DNA from: Ignavibacteriaceae bacterium
GTDB taxonomy: Bacteria > Bacteroidota > Ignavibacteria > Ignavibacteriales > Ignavibacteriaceae
Length of the DNA: 64,000 nt
NCBI GenBank assembly: GCA_046704255.1
Contig: JBJKSH010000164.1
Coordinates: forward strand, 1,465 to 65,464
Direction: 5' to 3'
The notes under the pieces were generated by a model. That model saw only the letters and a list, made by a program, of their open reading frames with translations. It was not told the origin of the DNA and did no database searches. Shown in pieces: positions 45,853-53,858 of the stretch (position 1 is the first letter of the stretch; the number at the start of each line of letters is the position of its first letter). The translations under genes and the position numbers were made by a program.

Positions 45853-46314
45853 ATGGAAAAACTTGCAGAACAAGAAAAAAATATAACGGTAAACAGAAAA
45901 GCAAGGCACGAATATTTGATAGTTCAGACTTATGAAGCCGGAATAGTTTTGCAGGGAACGGAAGTAAAGGCATTAAGAGCAGGAAAAGCAAATTTGGTTG
46001 ATAGTTATGCCAATCTTAACAACGGCGAAGTTTGGCTGGTTGGAGCGCATATAAGTGTTTATGAGCAGGGAAATATTAATAACCACGAACCAACAAGAAC
46101 AAGAAAACTGCTGCTTAACAAAAGTGAAATACGCAAACTAATTGGAAAGGTTAAAGAAAAAGGGCTCACTTTAATTCCTCTTAGATTGTATTTTAAAAAC
46201 GGTAAGGTTAAAGTTGAACTTGCCTTGGCTAAGGGTAAAAAAGTATATGATAAGCGTGAAGCAATTGCAAAGCGGGATTTGCAAAGAGACCAGGAAAGAA
46301 GGATAAAATATTGA
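45853..46314 (+). CDS. smpB: SsrA-binding protein
   Basis: [10 protein letters not shown]...[15 protein letters not shown] and a basic C-terminal tail. 153 aa. Confidence 0.9.
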   Translation: MEKLAEQEKNITVNRKARHEYLIVQTYEAGIVLQGTEVKALRAGKANLVDSYANLNNGEVWLVGAHISVYEQGNINNHEPTRTRKLLLNKSEIRKLIGKVKEKGLTLIPLRLYFKNGKVKVELALAKGKKVYDKREAIAKRDLQRDQERRIKY

Positions 46315-47537
46315 ATAAGATTTTTTTCCCCCCGGTAAATGAACAAATGGATCTTATAAAACGGGGTGCATTCGAAATTATACCGGAAGAAGAACTTGTA
46401 AAAAAACTTGAAAAATCATTTAAGGATGGTATTCCTTTAACCATAAAGTTAGGCTGCGATCCCAGCAGGCCGGATTTGCATATCGGACATTCGGTTGTGT
46501 TAAGAAAGCTTGCACAATTCCAGGAATTAGGGCATCAGGCAATTTTAATAATCGGAGATTTTACGGGAATGATTGGCGATCCTTCCGGCAGAAATGTAAC
46601 ACGACCGGCTCTTTCTCTTGAAGAAACTAGAATTAACGGTCAATCATACCTTGAGCAAGCATCGAAAATTTTAAATAAACAAAAGACAAAAATTGTTTAC
46701 AATTCCGAGTGGCTGGGTAAAATGAGTTTTGAAGATGTTATAAAACTTTCTTCAAAATATACCGTGGCAAGAATGATTGAACGTGATGATTTTACAAAAC
46801 GTTTTAAAGCCGGCGAACCTATAAGTGTTCACGAGTTTTTATATCCACTGGCACAAGCTATGGATTCCGTTGCAATTAAAAGCGATGTGGAACTCGGCGG
46901 CACAGATCAGAAATTTAACCTGCTTGTCGGACGCGATATTCAGAGAGAATTCGGAATTGAGCCTCAGGTAATTTTAACTATGCCTTTAATTGTCGGTACT
47001 GACGGTGTGGAAAAGATGAGCAAGTCGTACAACAACTATATCGGCATTTCGGAAGCTCCGGAAGAAATTTACGGCAAGACCCTTTCCATTCCCGACGATT
47101 TGATTTATAACTACTACGAGCTTGCAACTAATATATCGAATGAAGAACTTAAAGAAATTAGGAACCGGCTTAACGATTCCAAATTTAACCCGAGAGATTT
47201 AAAAAGAAAACTGGCTAGAACATTAGTGGCAATGTACCATAACAATGAAGCTGCTGTTAAAGCCGAAGAAGAATTTGATAAGGTTTTTATAAAAAAAGAA
47301 ATACCGGACGATATTGCAGAATTTAAAATAGGCAACGATATAAAGGAAATAGGAATACTGGACTTGATTACAAAAGTAAATTTTGCAGCATCAAAAGGAG
47401 AAGCCAGGCGGCTGGTTTCTCAAGGCGGAGTATCCTTGAACGGAGAAAAGGTTGAAGATATTACTGCCGTAGTTAAACCGGAAAACGGTTTAATCTTAAA
47501 AGTAGGAAAAAGAAAATTCATTAAAATAACAATGTAA
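46311..47537 (+). CDS. tyrS: Tyrosine--tRNA ligase (with C-terminal S4 domain)
   Basis: HIGH motif (LHIGH), KMSKS motif, S4-like C-terminus [18 protein letters not shown]. The start is ambiguous. A TTG at 46311 overlaps the smpB stop, or an in-frame ATG at 46347 (MDLIKRG) lies after a T7C6 homopolymer tract. Confidence 0.9.
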   Translation: MNKIFFPPVNEQMDLIKRGAFEIIPEEELVKKLEKSFKDGIPLTIKLGCDPSRPDLHIGHSVVLRKLAQFQELGHQAILIIGDFTGMIGDPSGRNVTRPALSLEETRINGQSYLEQASKILNKQKTKIVYNSEWLGKMSFEDVIKLSSKYTVARMIERDDFTKRFKAGEPISVHEFLYPLAQAMDSVAIKSDVELGGTDQKFNLLVGRDIQREFGIEPQVILTMPLIVGTDGVEKMSKSYNNYIGISEAPEEIYGKTLSIPDDLIYNYYELATNISNEELKEIRNRLNDSKFNPRDLKRKLARTLVAMYHNNEAAVKAEEEFDKVFIKKEIPDDIAEFKIGNDIKEIGILDLITKVNFAASKGEARRLVSQGGVSLNGEKVEDITAVVKPENGLILKVGKRKFIKITM

Positions 47538-47557
47538 GTAAGAAAGGAGATGAGCTA

Positions 47558-48103
47558 TTGTATGTTCCATCAAGAATATTTTTTACCAAAGGGGTAGGCA
47601 GGCATAAAGAGTATTTAACATCATTTGAACTTGCTCTTAGAAGTGCGGGTATTGAAATTTGCAACCTTGTTACAGTAAGCAGCATTTTTCCCGTTAACTG
47701 CAAAAGAATAACAAAGGAAGAAGGATTAAGAGAGTTAAAGCCCGGCCAGATTACCTTCTGCGTAATGGCAAGAAATTCTACTAATGAACCAAACAGGTTG
47801 ATTGCTTCTTCCATAGGAGTTGCACTTCCGGCGGATAACAACCAGTACGGTTATTTATCGGAACATCATCCGTTCGGGCAAACAGAAAAAGTTGCGGGCG
47901 ATTATGCTGAAGACCTTGCTGCTACTATGCTGGCAACTACTCTCGGTGTAGAATTCAACCCTGATACAGATTGGAGTGAACGGGAAAATATTTATAAAAT
48001 GTCGGGCAAGATTGTTAGATCTTTTAATGTTACTCAATCTGCCGAAGGCGATAAAAACGGACTGTGGACTACAGTTTTGGCGGTAGGAATTTTTCTACCT
48101 TAA
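47558..48103 (+). CDS. pdaD: Pyruvoyl-dependent arginine decarboxylase
   Basis: [22 protein letters not shown] and TVSSIFP (Ser-Ser self-cleavage site). TTG start with an AAGGAG RBS. Confidence 0.85.
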   Translation: MYVPSRIFFTKGVGRHKEYLTSFELALRSAGIEICNLVTVSSIFPVNCKRITKEEGLRELKPGQITFCVMARNSTNEPNRLIASSIGVALPADNNQYGYLSEHHPFGQTEKVAGDYAEDLAATMLATTLGVEFNPDTDWSERENIYKMSGKIVRSFNVTQSAEGDKNGLWTTVLAVGIFLP

Positions 48104-48119
48104 AAAGGGATAAAATATT

Positions 48120-49043
48120 TTGTTTGATGAAACTACGTTTTGGATAGTTTTTGTAATTATTGCTGCAATTATTATTGTAGTAGATTTATATGTAACCGAA
48201 CATAGACAGGATAAAATAGGATTAAAAAAGAGTATAATTTGGAGCGGTGTATGGATAACCACCGCTCTTCTTTTTGATTTACTTATTCATTTTTATTTAA
48301 AAGACGGCGGAAGAAAAGGGCTTGAATTCATTACAGGTTATTTAATAGAATACTCTCTTTCCGTCGATAATCTCTTTGTGTTCTTATTAATTTTTAATGT
48401 AATGAATATCTCACCCAAAAATCAGCCGCATGTTTTAAAATGGGGAATTTTAAGTGCTGTTGTATTTAGAATTTTATTTATTATGGCCGGAGTAGAATTA
48501 ATAAACATGTTCCAGCCGGTAATTTATTTGTTCGGAATAATACTTTTGGCAGCCGCATACAAAATGGCTTTCGGCGGAAATGAAAAAATTAATTATGAAA
48601 AGAATCCTTTAATCAGGTTAATAAAGAAATTTTTTAACATACTCCCTGATTACAACGGTAAAAAATTTTTTGTAAAGCGGAATAAAAAAATATATGCTAC
48701 TTCCCTTCTGCTAACTCTACTTTTAATCGAATCTTCCGATATTGTTTTTGCAGTCGATTCAATACCGGCTGTTATAGCAATTACCCGGGATCCTTTTGTT
48801 ATAATTACTTCCAACATTTTTGCTGTACTCGGTTTGCGTGCTTTATACTTTTCTATTTCCGGTATAGTTGATATGTTTTATTTTCTAAAATACGGAGTTG
48901 CGGTTATTTTATTATTTGTAGGCATAAAAATGATTGGCTCCGATTTTTTTGATATCCCGATTCAAACATCACTTTTAATAATTTTATCCTGCCTTGCCGT
49001 TTCAATTATACTTTCACTTTTTTATAAAAAGAAGAACGCTTAA
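48120..49043 (+). CDS. TerC-family integral membrane protein
   Basis: EYSLSVDNLFVF and SSDIVFAVDSIPAV repeated TerC motifs. TTG start 16 nt after pdaD. Confidence 0.8.
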   Translation: MFDETTFWIVFVIIAAIIIVVDLYVTEHRQDKIGLKKSIIWSGVWITTALLFDLLIHFYLKDGGRKGLEFITGYLIEYSLSVDNLFVFLLIFNVMNISPKNQPHVLKWGILSAVVFRILFIMAGVELINMFQPVIYLFGIILLAAAYKMAFGGNEKINYEKNPLIRLIKKFFNILPDYNGKKFFVKRNKKIYATSLLLTLLLIESSDIVFAVDSIPAVIAITRDPFVIITSNIFAVLGLRALYFSISGIVDMFYFLKYGVAVILLFVGIKMIGSDFFDIPIQTSLLIILSCLAVSIILSLFYKKKNA

Positions 49044-50415
49044 ACAATCCGTAGAAGTGAATTAGTGCGGCACCCGTTAAGCCTACAAGCATCGGTTCAA
49101 TTTCCCCTATTATTTTTACATTTATAAAATTATCTCTTATAAAATACCAGCTAACACTTAGTATTACTGCTGATATAATTTCTACAAATAAAATTTTTCT
49201 ATTTATTTTTATAGCAGGATAATATGAGCTGATCACAGGTAGTATAATACCCGGTATGCAAAATGAACCTATTGTGTACCAAATTTCGATGACAGATGGA
49301 ATATAGTACGCCAGCAAAATTGAAAGTATTCCGCCAATAACCAGTCCGTAAACAGTAAAAATTTTTAGTTTGTTTTCGTCTTTACTTTTTGATATTCTAA
49401 AAATAAAATCCCGGCTTATAGTTGTAGCGCTTAGAAAAAGGAAACTGTTTAACGTAGACATTATTGTTGCAAACATAGCTGCATAAAAGATTCCTTTTAA
49501 GCCGGGTGATAAAATTCTTTCCGCAAGCAGTGGATATGATAAAACGGGGCGAGATAGACCCGGCAGCGCTGCTCTAGCGTACAGCCCCGTAGATGTAGTT
49601 AGAAAATCGAATAATGCCATAAAGAAAACAGAAATTATAATGCCAACGGCGGCAACCTTTCCGCTTTTTGCTGCATAGCATCTTTGATGAAATCCGGGAT
49701 CGGCAAATGTCCAGAGCGCAATTAAAAACCAAACTATAAGGAATGTAGGAGATGCTCCTCCCGTTAGCTCGAGATGGTTTTTAGGAAGATTTGCCCGGAG
49801 ATAATGTATTCCGCCAAAAGCATTGTATGCTATAATTAGTACAAGAATGAAACCACCGAACATTACAAAAAACTGCAGTGCATCCGCATAGACATTGGAT
49901 TTAAATCCGCCTTGAAAAAGATATAATACCGAAAGCAATAAAGCGAGAATTAGACTTACAATTGTACCCGTCTTAAAAAGCATAGATAATAAGTTTGCAG
50001 TCATTAAAAGATATGGTGCCGGCGAGACAAGTACAAAAACCAAAATTGCGGAAGCTAACCCTACTTTATTTCCGTAAATAAGAGAAAGCTTATCCGGTAT
50101 TGTAAACAAAGATGCATTCCTAACCTTCTTTGCAAAAAACAAAGCAAAGATTATGGCAAAGACATAATAAGGAAACCCTTGAGTAAACCAGCTTACCAAA
50201 CCGTAGCGGTATGTAAACTCGCCGACGCCTAAAATACCACCGTACCATGTAGAGACGGTTGTAAGAACAAAAAGGAACATCCCTATTTTTCTTCCGGATA
50301 AAAGATAGTCGTCTGCATTACTCCCCGTTCTTCTTCCGAAATAAAATCCGATTAATAATACGGAGACAAAAAAAAGAATTATTACGGCATAATCTACCGG
50401 GCTAAATGAGACCAT
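49006..50415 (-). CDS. Sodium:solute symporter (SSS) family transporter, last gene of the TPP-riboswitch operon
   Basis: 469 aa, about 13 TM segments. The N-terminal pattern DYLLSGRK...VSTWYGGILGVGE is typical of SSS carriers. The ATG lies 14 nt inside the thiamine pyrophosphokinase gene. Confidence 0.7.
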   Translation of the reverse strand: MVSFSPVDYAVIILFFVSVLLIGFYFGRRTGSNADDYLLSGRKIGMFLFVLTTVSTWYGGILGVGEFTYRYGLVSWFTQGFPYYVFAIIFALFFAKKVRNASLFTIPDKLSLIYGNKVGLASAILVFVLVSPAPYLLMTANLLSMLFKTGTIVSLILALLLSVLYLFQGGFKSNVYADALQFFVMFGGFILVLIIAYNAFGGIHYLRANLPKNHLELTGGASPTFLIVWFLIALWTFADPGFHQRCYAAKSGKVAAVGIIISVFFMALFDFLTTSTGLYARAALPGLSRPVLSYPLLAERILSPGLKGIFYAAMFATIMSTLNSFLFLSATTISRDFIFRISKSKDENKLKIFTVYGLVIGGILSILLAYYIPSVIEIWYTIGSFCIPGIILPVISSYYPAIKINRKILFVEIISAVILSVSWYFIRDNFINVKIIGEIEPMLVGLTGAALIHFYGLFKRSSFYKKVKV

Positions 50416-51055
50416 ACTTCTTCAGAAAATTAAAATCGCGGATTACAAAAATTTTGCCTCCTTTAATATTAAGACTAACATTTTCGGATGTGGAAACATT
50501 GCTGGTGCTTTCCCTTATGCCGAAAGGTAATGCGGTATTTTTTAAAGGATATTTTAATCCGGTTGAAGTAATTTTGGTTTTTGAATCAAATCCGTATAGA
50601 GAAATAGTTTCACCAGGCAGTGAAGAAAGTTCAACCATACCGGTGTGTGCAGTAAGATATGAGTTCTCCGCCGTTAGACTTAAATCGATCTTTCCGAAAA
50701 ATTTTAGAACAATGCCCAGGTTACAAAAACTATGGTCTAACCTGTCGCCTGTAACTCCGAACAAAACTGCACTGTCGTATTTTTTTCTAATTGCAAACTT
50801 TAAACATTTTTCTACATCCGTATCATTTTGCCTTTTGAACCGTATTACTGTTGATTTGTTTTTAAAATGATCTAAAGCTTTATTATCAGCGGAATCCAGG
50901 TCGCCAATAATATATTCGGGAATCACACCCATTTTAAAAGCAGAATTTGCGCCGCCGTCTGCACAAATTAAAGTACTAAAATTTTTACTTTTAAAAAACC
51001 TAATGTCGCTTTTCTTCGGTGGTCTTCCGTTTGCCAGGATAATGCATTTCTTCAA
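50402..51055 (-). CDS. thiN: Thiamine pyrophosphokinase
   Basis: CADGGAN and IIGDLDS motifs, GDRLDH, C-terminal thiamine-binding beta-sandwich region. TTG start with an AGGAAGGGA RBS. Confidence 0.8.
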   Translation of the reverse strand: MKKCIILANGRPPKKSDIRFFKSKNFSTLICADGGANSAFKMGVIPEYIIGDLDSADNKALDHFKNKSTVIRFKRQNDTDVEKCLKFAIRKKYDSAVLFGVTGDRLDHSFCNLGIVLKFFGKIDLSLTAENSYLTAHTGMVELSSLPGETISLYGFDSKTKITSTGLKYPLKNTALPFGIRESTSNVSTSENVSLNIKGGKIFVIRDFNFLKKYGLI

Positions 51056-51074
51056 AATTTTTCCCTTCCTAATT

Positions 51075-53543
51075 TTACAACCCTACCTGCACGCCGGCAA
51101 TAAAATTTCTTTCGGCGGCTGGAAAAAATTCGGCACCTATTGCATTGGCTGAATACAACTTATCAAAAATGTTGTTAACCTGCAAAAAAACCTTTGACGG
51201 TTTTAACGCGGAAAATTCTTTAAAACTGTAAGAGATATATGCATCGGCCGTAAAATATGCATCGTTTATGTTATCGGAGTACTCTACAAAACCCGGGTAT
51301 TCGGTTAAATAATCTTTTAACTTTTTCCCGTAATTATCCGAATAAAAAGCTCCAACATATCTTCCGCCGACTTTTATAAATAAATTATTTAAAGAAAAAT
51401 TTATTCCGAAATTTGCAAGAAAGTCCGGGAACCCGCCAAGCTTATTATTATCCAGATTTATGTAATTTACCGAATCAATAAAATATTTGCCATTAAGAAT
51501 TCTATTATCACTGTATGTAGCATTTGCAAATACTTGCCATTCACCGGACAGGTTAAAGTTTGATGAAAATTCTATTCCACTGTGAACGGTAGATTTCATA
51601 TTACCTGTAACAGGCTGCCCATATAAATCCAGTTTACCGTTCGGAACAATTTCGTTATCAAAAAGCATGTAGTAAAGATTAAGCGTTACGTTAAAATTAC
51701 TGCCTATAACTGATGATCCTAATTCCAGGTCGTTCATAGTTTCCGGTTTAACAAAAGGTTCATTGTAATTATAAGAGCCATCCGGGTTACGCTGAAACTG
51801 GGGAACTGCCCCGCCGCTGGATTCGTCCGCATTATAATATGTAATTAATCTCGGCCCGTTGGATACTCTGGCAAAAGATAGGAATAAATCCTGTTCAGGA
51901 TTAATTTTATAGTTTATTCCAAACCGGGGGTTAACAAAAATGTTTTTTACTGAAAAAGAATTCCCGGCAAATTTTTCATTATAAAACATATTATTATTAT
52001 ATGCAAATTGAACTTCACCAAGAAGATTTATCCTGCTGTTTACGTTATAAGTTTCGTGAACAAAAGCGTCTATTATATCTTTGCCGCCGTTATATGAATA
52101 AAAAGTATATTCTTTTGTTAATCCGGCCGGCAGGTTTTGCCCGAAATTAATCTGACCCCAGTGAACAGACCTGTGAATTCTAATTTCGCCTCCGGCGATA
52201 AATTCCCCGTTTGTATGTTTAATGCTTATTCTTGGGATCCAACCGTATTGTGTTTCATCCTCTTCGGCTTTAATTAAAACATCTTGAGGGTTTTGCGTAG
52301 GATGAAATCCGTATTGTGAAGTCAATCTTAAGTAGGTAGTATCCGCCCATGAGCCGTCATAATTAAAAAAGCCGTCACCGTTAACTAAGAATAACGCAGA
52401 ATTTATAGTGATATTATTATTAACTTTATATTGATTCAAAATTTCGTAATGCGGCTGTGTAAAATTTTCAATCTCGGAAGGCCTTCTTAACACTGTATAA
52501 GTATAACTATTATTACTTTCTCCCCAATCCGAATAATTAGCACGTCTTAAACTTTTATTTGTAATTGCAAATTTAGGTAGCCCCATATAAGCCAATCCGT
52601 CTGCGATAGGACCGCCGTATAAATCAATTTGAGTAGTTAAATTTTTATCGTATCTAACTGCCGATAAATAATAAGCGCTGTAATTTACCCAGGAATTATT
52701 TCTATAACCGCCGCTTAAAATTTGAGATAGCTTTGCATATACGGAATATTTATTCTCAATTAAACCGCTTGAATAAGAAGCGCTGTATTTACGTGTATTG
52801 TAGCTGCCGGAAGCAGCCATAAAATTAAAACTCGGCCTATTAGAAAATGTAGATGTGATAATATTAATTGAACCCCCGATTGCCGGATACCCGGTAATAC
52901 CGGAACCGGCGCCGCGCTGTACCTGGATTACAGCCGTACTGCTAAGTAAATCCGGAAAATCAATCCAGTAAACATTATGATCTTCAGGATCATTCTGAGG
53001 AATTCCGTTAATGGAAACAGAAATTCTTCGCTGATCAAATCCTCTTATATTTAGATAATTATACCCAATCCCATTCCCGTTTTCGGAATAAAAAATTGTG
53101 GATGGCAGCTGGCTCAGGTATTCGGGAACATCCTGCACAACATAATTTTTTGCAATTTCTTTTTGAGTAATTTTACTGAATGCCAAAGGAGTAACTCCGG
53201 CTTTACCAATACTACCTTCAACCAGGACTGTTTGTGAGGGGATGATTTCAGGCTGAAGTTTAACAATAATTTCGTCAGACAAATTTATTTTTCTAAGATT
53301 AATGTTTGCGGTTTTATAACCTACATAACTTATTGTAAGGATATCTTCTTTAGAAAAATTATCTGTTAAAGAAAAGTTCCCGTTTATTCCGGAAATTGTG
53401 CCGATGCTTTTATTTTTAATAACGATATTTGCATTAGGCAAAGGCTTTAAAGTCTCTGCGTCATATACTTTTCCTTTAATTGAGGTCTGTTGAGCAAATA
53501 AAAGAATTGGATACAACAAAAAAAGAATAACTAAGTTTTTCAT
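51075..53543 (-). CDS. TonB-dependent outer-membrane receptor with CarboxypepD_reg-like N-terminal domain
   Basis: Signal peptide, IKGKVYDAETLKPLPNANIVI domain, plug region (IEVLRG-like QVQRGAGS), long beta-barrel rich in Y/N/G. First gene after the TPP riboswitch. Confidence 0.85.
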   Translation of the reverse strand: MKNLVILFLLYPILLFAQQTSIKGKVYDAETLKPLPNANIVIKNKSIGTISGINGNFSLTDNFSKEDILTISYVGYKTANINLRKINLSDEIIVKLQPEIIPSQTVLVEGSIGKAGVTPLAFSKITQKEIAKNYVVQDVPEYLSQLPSTIFYSENGNGIGYNYLNIRGFDQRRISVSINGIPQNDPEDHNVYWIDFPDLLSSTAVIQVQRGAGSGITGYPAIGGSINIITSTFSNRPSFNFMAASGSYNTRKYSASYSSGLIENKYSVYAKLSQILSGGYRNNSWVNYSAYYLSAVRYDKNLTTQIDLYGGPIADGLAYMGLPKFAITNKSLRRANYSDWGESNNSYTYTVLRRPSEIENFTQPHYEILNQYKVNNNITINSALFLVNGDGFFNYDGSWADTTYLRLTSQYGFHPTQNPQDVLIKAEEDETQYGWIPRISIKHTNGEFIAGGEIRIHRSVHWGQINFGQNLPAGLTKEYTFYSYNGGKDIIDAFVHETYNVNSRINLLGEVQFAYNNNMFYNEKFAGNSFSVKNIFVNPRFGINYKINPEQDLFLSFARVSNGPRLITYYNADESSGGAVPQFQRNPDGSYNYNEPFVKPETMNDLELGSSVIGSNFNVTLNLYYMLFDNEIVPNGKLDLYGQPVTGNMKSTVHSGIEFSSNFNLSGEWQVFANATYSDNRILNGKYFIDSVNYINLDNNKLGGFPDFLANFGINFSLNNLFIKVGGRYVGAFYSDNYGKKLKDYLTEYPGFVEYSDNINDAYFTADAYISYSFKEFSALKPSKVFLQVNNIFDKLYSANAIGAEFFPAAERNFIAGVQVGL

Positions 53544-53555
53544 TTTAATACTCCC

Positions 53556-53638
53556 AAATAAAATAGCCGTTAAGCCCGAAGGTCGTTAGATTCCGTAGAA
53601 TCTAGCGGACTCTATGAGACTCCTTCGGAGAAACGGCT
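53556..53638 (-). terminator. Expression-platform terminator of the TPP riboswitch
   Basis: On the minus strand, AGCCGUU (53638-53632) pairs with AACGGCU (53571-53565). Inner hairpins are CUCC-GAA-GGAG and UAGAUUC-UACG-GAAUCUA. The stem is followed by AUUUUAUUU, then the GGGAG RBS and the ATG at 53543. Confidence 0.65.
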
Positions 53639-53656
53639 AAAAACTTAATTATTCTT

Positions 53657-53750
53657 TAGCCCGTTTCCCTACGCTGGTATTATCCAGATCAGGTTATAGG
53701 GTTTGTTCTCAGTCAACCCGGAAAAATCCGGGGCAACACCCCTAACGGCT
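53657..53750 (-). promoter_or_regulatory. TPP (THI-box) riboswitch aptamer
   Basis: The minus strand reads AGCCGUUAGGGGUGUUGCCCCGGAUUUUUCCGGGUUGACUGAGAACAAACCCUAUAACCUGAUCUGGAUAAUACCAGCGUAGGGAAACGGGCU. It contains the invariant CUGAGA and ACCUGAUCUGGAUAAUACCAGCGUAGGGAA cores and a closing P1. Confidence 0.93.
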
Positions 53751-53774
53751 CTTAAAAATATTTTAAATAACACA

Positions 53775-53790
53775 CCGGAAAAATTTCCGG
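53775..53790 (-). terminator. Small hairpin downstream of the LysM transglycosylase gene
   Basis: CCGGAAAAATTTCCGG palindrome. On the minus strand it is followed by a U-rich stretch (UGUGUUAUUUAAAAUAUUUUU). Confidence 0.35.
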
Positions 53791-53858
53791 CTTTAACTAT
53801 GTAAAATTAATAAAATTTAAACGAACTTATAAAGTCAAAATTGTTATTCTAAAAAAAT

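Noticed and set aside
46321-46333. T7C6 homopolymer tract at the smpB-tyrS junction as a possible phase-variation site
   Set aside because: tyrS is essential. The tract most likely lies in the short leader if translation starts at the ATG at 46347. I have no evidence for slippage-based regulation, so it is noted only as a start-codon ambiguity.
48104-48119. Expected a yybP-ykoY (Mn2+) riboswitch upstream of the TerC-family gene
   Set aside because: Only 16 nt separate pdaD from the TerC start, so there is no room for a riboswitch.
50406-50870. 154-aa ORF on the plus strand, the longest unexplained ORF in the track
   Set aside because: It lies entirely antisense to the well-supported thiamine pyrophosphokinase gene. 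It has no RBS or recognisable motifs, and its composition looks like a shadow frame of an AT-rich gene.
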